The notes: generated from the sequence alone by a model not told the origin. DNA of 10,046 nt from Candidatus Jordarchaeia archaeon (GCA_029856435.1 JAHQXB010000153.1:1-10046), one strand, 5' to 3'. Counted from the stretch's first letter, positions 1 through 8,013 are shown. A program made the numbers and translations.

Positions 1-23
1 CTTGCCTTAGCCTGCCTCTGCAT
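1..23 (-). CDS. Possible start of a divergently transcribed gene running off the window (MQRQAKA...), product unknown
   Basis: The minus strand reads GGAGGTG (complement of 31-37), a 7-nt spacer, then ATG (23-21) with the frame open to position 1. Only 7 codons are visible, so no family can be assigned. Confidence 0.3.
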
Positions 24-349
24 CCCTTCCCACCTCCATTTTTCTACACAAAGGTGTTAAAAGATGGGGAGATGGTTTCTCTCAAAGCCAGCCACAAAAA
101 CAGATCCCTACAAACAGGAGTGCTGCCTAAACATATGGTGTAGGGGGCTGGTTTCTAAAAATTTGGGCACAAAAAGATCTTTAGTACCTTTTTTGCGGAT
201 TGCGGTGCAGCTGATTGGTGAGCGGCTGGTTTTTAGGGGTTAGGGTCTTCTTCTAAAAGGAAAAGCGAAAAGGATCCCCTTTAAACAAGGGCGATGATGT
301 TGACTAAAGGTGCAAAAACAAAATTGCCCAACTGGGATTGTTTCTTCAA

Positions 350-385
350 AAAAAGTTTACATGAAAAACTTTTTACATATAAATA
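350..385 (+). promoter_or_regulatory. Candidate promoter region for the mtrA-mtrH / ThyA-like unit: 9-bp inverted repeat next to a TATA-like box
   Basis: AAAAAGTTT (350-358), a 7-nt spacer, AAACTTTTT (366-374), then TATAAATA (378-385), in a very AT-rich stretch (10 G+C in 361-420). Other TATA-like hexamers at about 407-429 make the true promoter ambiguous. Confidence 0.35.
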
Positions 386-501
386 GTTAATTTCAAATGT
401 ACTTGATTTATAATAAACGTCTTATAATTTCTATGTGGTTGAGGCTCGCCTCGTATTAAATAAGTATTGTAGCTCTGTCAATCTATAAAGGGATGTTATT
501 T

Positions 502-1995
502 ATGTCAAAGTGGCCATTCATTGCTGGTGACTATGTTGTTATAAACGAAAAGGCGGCCATCGCCATAGTTACATGTGGGTCTTACGATTTGCCAAAAGAG
601 TTAGCCAAATTGAGTGACAAAATTGCCATTGTGGGTTTCTGTGAGACGGAGAATAGTGGAGTAGCGAAGATTTTACAAAATTTGGCTTCAAATACAAATA
701 TTAGATTCCTCATAGTCTGCGGTGAACGTGTAGTTGGCCATGAACCGGGGCAAACTATTATTTCGCTCTATAATAATGGGATTGATGAAAATTATAGAAT
801 TATCGGAAGTGAGGGTACTATACCTGTTTTGCATCCAAATTATTTCAGGGGAGACGATCCGAATAAATTTGTTAAAAGATTTCAAAGCCAAATCGTTAAG
901 GTGGTGGATGCACGAGGAGAAACAAATGTTCAAAAATTGATGTCTATAATCAATGAACTTAATGCACAAAAAATATCTCCATTTCCTGAGGAGCCGATCC
1001 TTCCATTAACACCCAAAGTTGAATATGATTGGAGTAAAGGGATAAAGAGGTTCCAAGAAGAAAATAAAAGCTTTCTTGATAAGGGTATATCTCTATTAAA
1101 TCCCTTGATATTTACTGGAGAACTAAGAGTTTATGATATATGTGGGATTAAGATAGGCGGGCAGAGGGGGGAGTATCCCGTAGTTTTAGCTGGAACCATG
1201 TTTTATAGAGGAGATAAATTGGTGGTTAATCATAGTGAAGGCGTCTTTGATAAGACTAAGGCTGAAGATCAAATTCGGAAACAGGAGGAGAATTCTTTAA
1301 AATACGAAATTCCCTCAATGGTACACATAGTTGGAGAAACTCCTGAGGCTTTAACAAGATATCTTTTATTTGTTGCAGATATCACAGACTCACCAATAAT
1401 TCTTGATTCGCCAGTTTTGGAAGCGAGAATAGAAGCAATGGGTGTAGCTAAAGATCTGGGTTTAGAGGGTAGAGTTATATACAATTCGGTTAGCGGCGTG
1501 GATAAAAGAGAAAAGGCTATGATTGGCGAAATGGGATGTATAGAATATTCTATAGTTTTGCCCTTTGACGTAAAACTACCTTCAAGAATCAATCGGTTCA
1601 GAGAAATAATTGAATTTATGAAGGGGTTAATCATGAAGCCAATTATTGATCCTGGTGTTTCTATTCTGGGAGCAGGTTCAATAAGTGCTTTGCATGCAGC
1701 TTGGTTATTTAAGAATTGCTATGGTTATCCTGTATGTATTGGCATCCATAATCTGCAATCAAGGCTCTCTAAGAGTATCAGTGAATTAAAAAATCTGGAT
1801 TTTTCTTTTGACTACGCTCTTCCTTCCCTTTATGGAATAGATATTAATCTTTATGGTCCAATAAAAAATGCAGAGGCTATATTCAGAGAGGTGGCGGCTG
1901 TTGAAGCTGCAATTGCAGACGAGAACATAAATACAGTTGGGATTTACCCGAAGCCTCCCCATCCCTATTATGCTTTAAAACTTGGTTGTGAGTAA
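502..1995 (+). CDS. mtrA-mtrH: Fusion of an MtrA-like corrinoid-binding domain and an MtrH-like methyl-pterin methyltransferase domain; soluble, no transmembrane anchor (MtxA/MtxH-like)
   Basis: The N-terminal part matches MtrA motifs: WPFIAGDYVV, AIVGFCETENSG, SNTNIRFLIVCG, VVGHEPGQ (His codon 739-741), IIGSEGTIP. From about nt 1108 it matches MtrH: KIGGQRGEYPVVLAGTMFY, GVFDKTKAE, SPIILDS, GIHN, LYGPIKNA, and C-terminal HPYYAL. The alternative ATG is at 493; ATG 502 has AAGGGA 8 nt upstream. Confidence 0.92.
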   Translation: MSKWPFIAGDYVVINEKAAIAIVTCGSYDLPKELAKLSDKIAIVGFCETENSGVAKILQNLASNTNIRFLIVCGERVVGHEPGQTIISLYNNGIDENYRIIGSEGTIPVLHPNYFRGDDPNKFVKRFQSQIVKVVDARGETNVQKLMSIINELNAQKISPFPEEPILPLTPKVEYDWSKGIKRFQEENKSFLDKGISLLNPLIFTGELRVYDICGIKIGGQRGEYPVVLAGTMFYRGDKLVVNHSEGVFDKTKAEDQIRKQEENSLKYEIPSMVHIVGETPEALTRYLLFVADITDSPIILDSPVLEARIEAMGVAKDLGLEGRVIYNSVSGVDKREKAMIGEMGCIEYSIVLPFDVKLPSRINRFREIIEFMKGLIMKPIIDPGVSILGAGSISALHAAWLFKNCYGYPVCIGIHNLQSRLSKSISELKNLDFSFDYALPSLYGIDINLYGPIKNAEAIFREVAAVEAAIADENINTVGIYPKPPHPYYALKLGCE

Positions 1996-1996
1996 A

Positions 1997-3271
1997 ATGA
2001 GCTTCTATGGTCCTTATTTGATTCGAGCCAGAAATATAGATGTTGCTTGGAGAAGTTGCATTAACACAATCCTCGAAAAAGGAATAAAGGAGATAACTGA
2101 GGATAAAAAACAGGAAACTAGGGAAACTTTTTGTGCTACGATTCATCTAAGTGATTGGCAAAGTGGAAATTTTGTTCCAGTAAACTATATTGGGCTGAGT
2201 AAGGATACGCTCCTTGAGAGCTATATTCCCCAATATATTAGTCCTGAGAAGGGAGAACATGTATATAGCTATGGATGGGCTATGAGAAAAAGATTCACGT
2301 TTAACCAGCTGGATTACATTAAAAATCAGTTAAGTGGTGGGAAAAATGTAGCTTTTGCCCAGTTCTGGAATCCACCAACGGACATTTTAAGCACCAACCC
2401 TCCCTGTATTAACATAGTGCTTTTTCACAAATTAGGCTCAAAAATTCATTCGACTATATATATTAGAAGTAATGATATGGCCCGAGCGTATCCCGACGAT
2501 GTTGCTGGTATTTATACGGTTTTTTTAACAGAAGTTGCAAGTAGATTTGGTGGTAAAAGGGCTTTGGGCACCATAACAACAATTTCGGGGTCGGCGCACA
2601 TATATGAAACTTCAATTAATGAATTAAGACAAAGCTTTTTCGGTTCGCTACCTACCTCCAATTCTAATCCACGAATCAATAATGAGAACTTGGCTGGACC
2701 CATACTTTTAAGATCTCAAAATTTGCGTGAGGTGTTATCGGAATTAGAATACAAGTTTGCAAAGTACTCGGAGCCTCAAGAAGAAGGGCAATTTTACTTA
2801 TATCTCGGGTTTAAGTTAGAGAAAGTAGACGTTAAATTAGTAGAGCTTGAACATCAAGTAGAAGGAATTTTAAATGGAGAGGGGGAATTAGGAAAATGTC
2901 TGAGATTCTACAAAGCTAAAACGGATGAGGGGGAATCTGTTACAATCGATCAAATAAAAATGGCTAAAAGAAAATTAGAGGAATCAAAGCTGAGTAGAAG
3001 AATAGTTATTACTCCTAATAATCCTTGGGAAAAAAAATATGATTTAAACCCTCTGGTTATACAATTTTTGGTAAGGCAGGGACGGCTTTTCACATCGGCG
3101 TTTTTCGCAAACTACTCAATTGAACAAGTCCCATTGGGAATCTTTTTAATTAGAGCAATTCAAAAGGAGATACTGAATGGAAATAAAATCAGTATAGATC
3201 CTACTGCGTTCTTCTTTATGCCCTGTATAAATGACTCAAGGAGTGTAAAGTTCTCAGATATACTCAGTTAA
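1997..3271 (+). CDS. Thymidylate synthase (ThyA)/pyrimidine hydroxymethylase-family protein with two tandem TS folds; domain 1 catalytic-looking, domain 2 degenerate
   Basis: Domain 1 has YSYGWAMR, NQLDYI, FWNP, NPPC (Cys codon 2405-2407), RSND (2465-2476) and SAHIYE. Domain 2 (from about 2696) has GPILLRSQN, LGKCLRFY, IDQI, SRRIVIT and IQFLVRQGRL. ATG 1997 sits 1 nt after the upstream TAA and is preferred over the TTG at 1982 in the ORF track. Confidence 0.85.
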   Translation: MSFYGPYLIRARNIDVAWRSCINTILEKGIKEITEDKKQETRETFCATIHLSDWQSGNFVPVNYIGLSKDTLLESYIPQYISPEKGEHVYSYGWAMRKRFTFNQLDYIKNQLSGGKNVAFAQFWNPPTDILSTNPPCINIVLFHKLGSKIHSTIYIRSNDMARAYPDDVAGIYTVFLTEVASRFGGKRALGTITTISGSAHIYETSINELRQSFFGSLPTSNSNPRINNENLAGPILLRSQNLREVLSELEYKFAKYSEPQEEGQFYLYLGFKLEKVDVKLVELEHQVEGILNGEGELGKCLRFYKAKTDEGESVTIDQIKMAKRKLEESKLSRRIVITPNNPWEKKYDLNPLVIQFLVRQGRLFTSAFFANYSIEQVPLGIFLIRAIQKEILNGNKISIDPTAFFFMPCINDSRSVKFSDILS

Positions 3272-3514
3272 GGGTGAAACATTTTAGAAAAGCGCCCTGC
3301 ATAAATAAATAAAGAATTTTGACTTGTACTTTCTTTTAATGATTGTGAAAAGCACTGTTGGTTAAGGATATATTTAAAAAAAATGTTAGGATATCGTGAA
3401 TATATATAAGTTATGCTTAATAAAAGATATAAACTGCGTAGTGGATACATTATTATTGCTATGTGTGAGATTGGTATTTCTAGTATTCAGTTTATTCATA
3501 GGTGTTATAAAATA

Positions 3515-3521
3515 AGGAGGT
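3515..3521 (+). promoter_or_regulatory. Shine-Dalgarno site of psmA
   Basis: AGGAGGT 9 nt upstream of ATG 3531. A TATA-like TATATATAAG at 3401-3410 in the AT-rich intergenic region is a possible promoter. Confidence 0.7.
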
Positions 3522-3530
3522 AGAAGTGTA

Positions 3531-4262
3531 ATGTTTGCTGCTCCTGGATTGGGCTATGATCGCGCTATAACCATTTTCTCCCCAGATGGGAGGCTTTTTC
3601 AGGTGGAGTACGCAATTGAAGCCGTACGTCGAGGCACCACCGCTATTGGTGTAAGATGTAAAGAGGGCGTGGTGCTTGCAGTAGAGAAGAGGGTTTTAGC
3701 CCTTCAAGACCCCGAGAGTGTAGAAAAAATTTTTGTCATTGATGAGCATATTGGAACCGCCATCGCGGGATTAACAGCTGATGCACGAGTTCTTGTAAAT
3801 CAAGCTAGGATTCAGGCCCAAGTTAACCGTCTCACATACGATGAGCCTATTACTGTTGAAAGTTTAACCAGATACATTGGTGACACTAAACAAATGTATA
3901 CTCAGCATGCTGGCGTTAGACCGTTCGGAGTTTCCTTTCTGATAGCAGGTGTAGATGAACTGGGTCCCAAATTATTTATGACCGATCCTTCTGGGACTTA
4001 CTGGTCTTATTGGGCAGCCGCAATAGGTAGTGGTTCTCAGGCCGCTAAAGAAGTTCTGGAAAAAGAGTATAAGAAAGATATGGGGCTTGAGGATTCTATT
4101 AAACTATCTCTCAAGGCTTTAAATCAGGTGTTAGAGTCTGAACTTGATCCCTCAAAAGTTGAAGTTGCGGTGGTGGATGTTAAATCGAGAATTTTCAGGA
4201 GACTGTCCTCTAGCGAAGTTCAAAGTTATATCAATGAGGTTAGAAAGTCTGGTGGAAGTTAG
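3531..4262 (+). CDS. psmA: 20S proteasome subunit alpha
   Basis: Alpha-subunit signature [21 protein letters not shown], plus [25 protein letters not shown] and DPSG; 243 aa. Confidence 0.98.
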   Translation: MFAAPGLGYDRAITIFSPDGRLFQVEYAIEAVRRGTTAIGVRCKEGVVLAVEKRVLALQDPESVEKIFVIDEHIGTAIAGLTADARVLVNQARIQAQVNRLTYDEPITVESLTRYIGDTKQMYTQHAGVRPFGVSFLIAGVDELGPKLFMTDPSGTYWSYWAAAIGSGSQAAKEVLEKEYKKDMGLEDSIKLSLKALNQVLESELDPSKVEVAVVDVKSRIFRRLSSSEVQSYINEVRKSGGS

Positions 4263-4273
4263 GACTGATAGTT

Positions 4274-4996
4274 ATGTCTGACATTCGGGGAGCGAAATGG
4301 GTCGATTTAGGTGATACAGTAATAGCCCGCTACGAATCCCATGGAGAAAGGTTTGAGATCCTTGTTGACCCTAACAAGGCTTGGGATTTTCGCCGCGGTA
4401 AGAATATTGATTTATCAGAGATATTGAAAAGCTTTGATATATTTGAAGACGCCCATAAAGGCCTTAAAGCATCCGAAGATAAACTGCTTAAAGTGTTTGA
4501 AACATTAGATATAAATAAAATTGCGCCTATCATACTAAAGAAAGGGTTTATACAACTCACTACTGAACAGCGCAGAGAGATGATGAACAACAAAAAATTG
4601 CAGATAATTAATATTCTTGCCCGTAACTGTATTAACCCCCAGACTGGACTCCCCCATCCTCCAGCAAGAATAGAACGCGCCATGGAGGAAGCAAAGGTTC
4701 AAATTGACTTGTGGAGAAGCCCCGAAGAGCAAGCAAAAGACATATTAAAAATACTTCAGCCAATAATACCTATAAGAATGGAACTCTTAAAACTGGCTGT
4801 CAAGTTTCCACCTGATTTTTCAGGTAAGGGATATAGCATCGTGGAACGTTTCGGAACAGTCACCAAACAAGAATGGCAAAGTGACGGCTCATGGATTGCC
4901 CAATTGGAGATTCCTGCAGGGCTTAGAGGCAAATTTGTAGAAACAATAAATAATCAAACTAAGGGTAAAGCACAAGTGACATTTATCAAAGAATAA
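4274..4996 (+). CDS. sdo1: Ribosome maturation factor SBDS/Sdo1
   Basis: [55 protein letters not shown] and IPAGL; canonical position after psmA. Confidence 0.96.
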   Translation: MSDIRGAKWVDLGDTVIARYESHGERFEILVDPNKAWDFRRGKNIDLSEILKSFDIFEDAHKGLKASEDKLLKVFETLDINKIAPIILKKGFIQLTTEQRREMMNNKKLQIINILARNCINPQTGLPHPPARIERAMEEAKVQIDLWRSPEEQAKDILKILQPIIPIRMELLKLAVKFPPDFSGKGYSIVERFGTVTKQEWQSDGSWIAQLEIPAGLRGKFVETINNQTKGKAQVTFIKE

Positions 4997-5009
4997 AGGG
5001 GGTTTCTTT

Positions 5010-5687
5010 TTGACATTATATTTTAAAAATAGACAAATTGTAGTACCCGGCGAGTTACTCGCAGAGGGAGGTTATAAGCCTGGCGAAGGTACGTTTAGGG
5101 AAGGAAATTGTATCTACTCTTCTGTAGTAGGCTTGGTAGAGGCGAAGGGCAAAATTGTGCAAGTTGTTGCTTTTGAAGGAGCGTACATTCCAAAAGTTGG
5201 TGATGTGGTTATTGGAAAGGTAATAGATGTAAAGATGACTTCATGGAGAATTGACATAAATTCACCATACCAAGCTACAATGCATCCAGTAAACATTTTT
5301 GAAAGGCGTACGGATCCGTTGAAAGAAGACCTTCGCCGGTATTTTGATGTAGGAGATACACTGGTTGCGAAGATAATGGCATTTGATCGGACGCGGGCGC
5401 CTCTGCTTACCACAAAAGAACGGGGGCTTGGCAAACTTCAAGGAGGATACTTAGTAAATATTTTACCCACGAAGATTCCGCGTTTAATCGGGCGGAAGGG
5501 TTCAATGATAAATATGATTAAAAAGGAAACAGGGTGTCAGATTGTTATTGGTCAGAATGGTGTTGTTTGGGTTTCCGGAAAGAGTTTCGAAGACGAGGAG
5601 AGGGTTATTAAAGCTATAAGACAGATTGAGCGGGAGGCCCATACCTCTGGCTTAACTGATAGAGTAAGGGAGTTAATTCATAAGTAA
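5010..5687 (+). CDS. rrp4: Exosome RNA-binding subunit Rrp4 (S1 + KH domains)
   Basis: IVVPGELLA, YIPKVGDVVIGKV, KH motif PTKIPRLIGRKGSMI, GQNGVVW and C-terminal AHTSGLTDRV. TTG start with AGGGGG upstream. Confidence 0.96.
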   Translation: MTLYFKNRQIVVPGELLAEGGYKPGEGTFREGNCIYSSVVGLVEAKGKIVQVVAFEGAYIPKVGDVVIGKVIDVKMTSWRIDINSPYQATMHPVNIFERRTDPLKEDLRRYFDVGDTLVAKIMAFDRTRAPLLTTKERGLGKLQGGYLVNILPTKIPRLIGRKGSMINMIKKETGCQIVIGQNGVVWVSGKSFEDEERVIKAIRQIEREAHTSGLTDRVRELIHK

Positions 5688-5705
5688 ATCTTGTTGGTGG
5701 TCGTT

Positions 5706-6482
5706 ATGGAAGATTTTCATTTTCCTTCGCAGATAAAGTTACTAAATGAAGACAATTTGAGACTTGATGGAAGAAGATTGGATGAACTTCGACCCATTAA
5801 ACTAGAAGTCGGAGTTCTGGCAAGAGCAGATGGCTCTGCGTACATTGAACAGGGAAAAAGTAAGATTCTCGCAGCAGTTTATGGTCCGCGGGAATTACAC
5901 CCACGCCACCTTGCACAACCTGATGAGGCTCTACTACAGTGTATTTATAGAATGGCTACCTTTTCTGTAGAGGAAAGAAAGAGCCCAGCGCCGTCTCGGA
6001 GAGAAACAGAACTTTCAAAAGTTATAACAGAGGCTCTTGCTCCCGCAGTTTTTCTAAAATACTATCCTAGAGCGTCCATAGATGTTTATATACAAGTAAT
6101 ACAAGCCGATGGAGGTACTAGATGTTCAAGTATAACCGCCGCTTCCCTAGCCTTAGCGGACGCTGGAATTCCCTTGCGGGACTTGGTATCTGCTGTTGCC
6201 GCTGGAAAGATAGATGGTAAAATTGCTCTGGATTTAAGTGATTTGGAAGATAAGAACGGCCAGGCGGACTTGCCTGTTGCTATAATGCCTCGCAAAGGGC
6301 TAACTACACTATTACAGATGGATGGTATGATGACCAGAGAGGAATTCATCGAAGCCTACGAACTGGCTGTAAAGGGTTGCCAAAAGATTTACGAAATGCA
6401 AAGGGAAATCTTAATCCAAAAATATATTGATATCCAAAGTGAGGCTTCAGAGGAAGCAGATGAACAGGAAAATGGGGGATAA
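5706..6482 (+). CDS. rrp41: Exosome catalytic subunit Rrp41 (RNase PH fold)
   Basis: [40 protein letters not shown] and DGGTR phosphate/RNA-binding motifs, and the acidic EDKNGQAD motif are intact. ATG 5706 (GGTGGT upstream) is preferred over TTG 5691. Confidence 0.97.
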   Translation: MEDFHFPSQIKLLNEDNLRLDGRRLDELRPIKLEVGVLARADGSAYIEQGKSKILAAVYGPRELHPRHLAQPDEALLQCIYRMATFSVEERKSPAPSRRETELSKVITEALAPAVFLKYYPRASIDVYIQVIQADGGTRCSSITAASLALADAGIPLRDLVSAVAAGKIDGKIALDLSDLEDKNGQADLPVAIMPRKGLTTLLQMDGMMTREEFIEAYELAVKGCQKIYEMQREILIQKYIDIQSEASEEADEQENGG

Positions 6483-6485
6483 AAA

Positions 6486-7307
6486 ATGCCTCATAGTCTT
6501 ATCTCTGAAATTGAATCAAAGTATATTAGGTCAATTGTAGCTAGAGAAAAGAGGGTGGACGGCCGTGGATTAAGAGAGGTACGTCCGATAACTATTGAAA
6601 CGGGAGTGGTGGAGAAGGCCAGTGGCTCTGCTAGGGTAACTATTGGTAACACAAAGGTTATCGTGGGGGTAAGTGCAGAAATTGGAACCCCCTACCCCGA
6701 TACTCCCAATTCGGGTGTCGTAACTGTTGCTGCAGAGTTTATACCAATGGCTTCTCCCTATTTTGAATCAGGACCGCCCAGCGAAGAAGCTGTCGAACTT
6801 GCAAGGGTTGTCGATAGGGGTATCCGTGAATCTAAAATGGTAGATTTGGACAAACTCTGCATAATTCCCAATGAAAAGGTTTGGATTCTTTTCGTGGACA
6901 TATACATAATTGATCACGGTGGGAATCTATTTGACGCTTCTTCTCTAGCTGGCGTTTGTGCTTTAATTACCACTATGCTTCCAAAAACCGAAATTGAAAA
7001 TGGAAAGGTAAAATTGCTAAGTGAAAAAATGCCATTACCTGTGACCAATATACCAGTTTCATTGACCCTCGCAAAAATAGGTGACCAACTCTGTGTGGAT
7101 CCCATAGAAGAGGAAGAAAATGTTATGGATTGTAGAATTACCATTGTTTATGATGCGAACGGTAACCTAGTAGCTATTCAAAAAGGAGAGCGTGGAGCCC
7201 TAACCCAACAAGATATTTACAACGCCGTAGATATAGCTAGGGATATTACAAAAGAACTTAGAGAAAAATATATTTTACCAATTTTAAAGAGGCAGGAGGT
7301 CTCATAA
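6486..7307 (+). CDS. rrp42: Exosome subunit Rrp42
   Basis: RVDGRGLREVRP, KASGSARV, PYPDTPNSG, FESGPPSEEAVELARVVDRGIRES, DHGGNLFDAS and VDPIEEEE. Confidence 0.97.
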   Translation: MPHSLISEIESKYIRSIVAREKRVDGRGLREVRPITIETGVVEKASGSARVTIGNTKVIVGVSAEIGTPYPDTPNSGVVTVAAEFIPMASPYFESGPPSEEAVELARVVDRGIRESKMVDLDKLCIIPNEKVWILFVDIYIIDHGGNLFDASSLAGVCALITTMLPKTEIENGKVKLLSEKMPLPVTNIPVSLTLAKIGDQLCVDPIEEEENVMDCRITIVYDANGNLVAIQKGERGALTQQDIYNAVDIARDITKELREKYILPILKRQEVS

Positions 7308-7597
7308 TGCCGAGAACTAAGAAGGTAGGTATTACTGGTAGGTTTGGAGCAAGATATGGTACAAAGGTGAGAAAGCGTGTGAAAACTATCTTGGAGGGAC
7401 TGAGTACCTTTCATAAATGCCCCCGGTGTGCAACTAAAGCAGTTAAACGAGTGTCTACTGGAGTATGGTCATGCAGAAAATGTGGACATACCTTTACTGG
7501 TGGAGCTTATCTTCCAGAAACTCCTCTAGGCAAGGAAAAAAGACATATCATAGACACAGTTGCGTTAAGCTCGGAGAAAAATAAGCCACCACAATAA
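7307..7597 (+). CDS. rpl37ae: 50S ribosomal protein L37ae (eL43)
   Basis: RTKKVGITGRFGARYG, zinc ribbon CPRC...WSCRKC, and FTGGAY. It overlaps the rrp42 stop by 1 nt (TAATG). Confidence 0.96.
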   Translation: MPRTKKVGITGRFGARYGTKVRKRVKTILEGLSTFHKCPRCATKAVKRVSTGVWSCRKCGHTFTGGAYLPETPLGKEKRHIIDTVALSSEKNKPPQ

Positions 7598-7767
7598 ATT
7601 TTTCCTATCCTCATAAATATTTGATGCCCCTTCTAGCTTTAGTCTACATAAAAAGGATACAAAAAAGAACATTTTCTATCGAAAATAGGATATTGATTAA
7701 AAATTGTAACAATTTGAGATTACCGATATTTTAGGGCGAGGCGCAAAAAGTATTTGGAGTAAATTTA

Positions 7768-8013
7768 ATGAAATACAATGCAAAAGGCGTTATACAAATT
7801 AATTTGCCTAGGAATTTATTGGAAGTTGCTTTCAGAGCTCTTTTTCCTGAAGTTATTTCCGGTGCTAGCGAGCGTTGTATAGGTAAATTAAAAAGAGATG
7901 GTGACATTATAAGCTTAGAAATTAAGGCTGAGGATACGGTTGCGCTCAGAGCGGCTTTAAACTCGTATCTCAGATGGTTAAAAATAATTTATGACATTAA
8001 CGAACTTGTTTAG
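7768..8013 (+). CDS. pcc1: KEOPS complex subunit Pcc1
   Basis: 81 aa, with ALFPE and the C-terminal IKAEDTVALRAALNSYLRWL signature; usual position before prefoldin beta. Confidence 0.9.
   Translation: MKYNAKGVIQINLPRNLLEVAFRALFPEVISGASERCIGKLKRDGDIISLEIKAEDTVALRAALNSYLRWLKIIYDINELV

Noticed and set aside
502-1995. Reading mtrA/mtrH as evidence of methanogenesis or a Na+-pumping Mtr complex
   Set aside because: There is no membrane anchor and no mtrBCDEFG or mcr genes in the window; MtrA/MtrH homologs occur in non-methanogens.
1982-1996. 14-nt overlap between the two module genes implied by the TTG start in the ORF track
   Set aside because: ATG 1997 directly after the upstream stop is the more plausible start; the five extra residues add nothing recognisable.
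3268-3450. 60-aa minus-strand ORF in the ThyA-like/psmA spacer
   Set aside because: It has AT-rich, low-information composition, no family motif and no clear SD, and it spans the probable psmA promoter region.
7624-7734. 36-codon + strand ORF containing RILIK, faintly like the RpoP C-terminal motif
   Set aside because: Both CxxC zinc-binding pairs of RpoP are missing; five residues of similarity is not enough.
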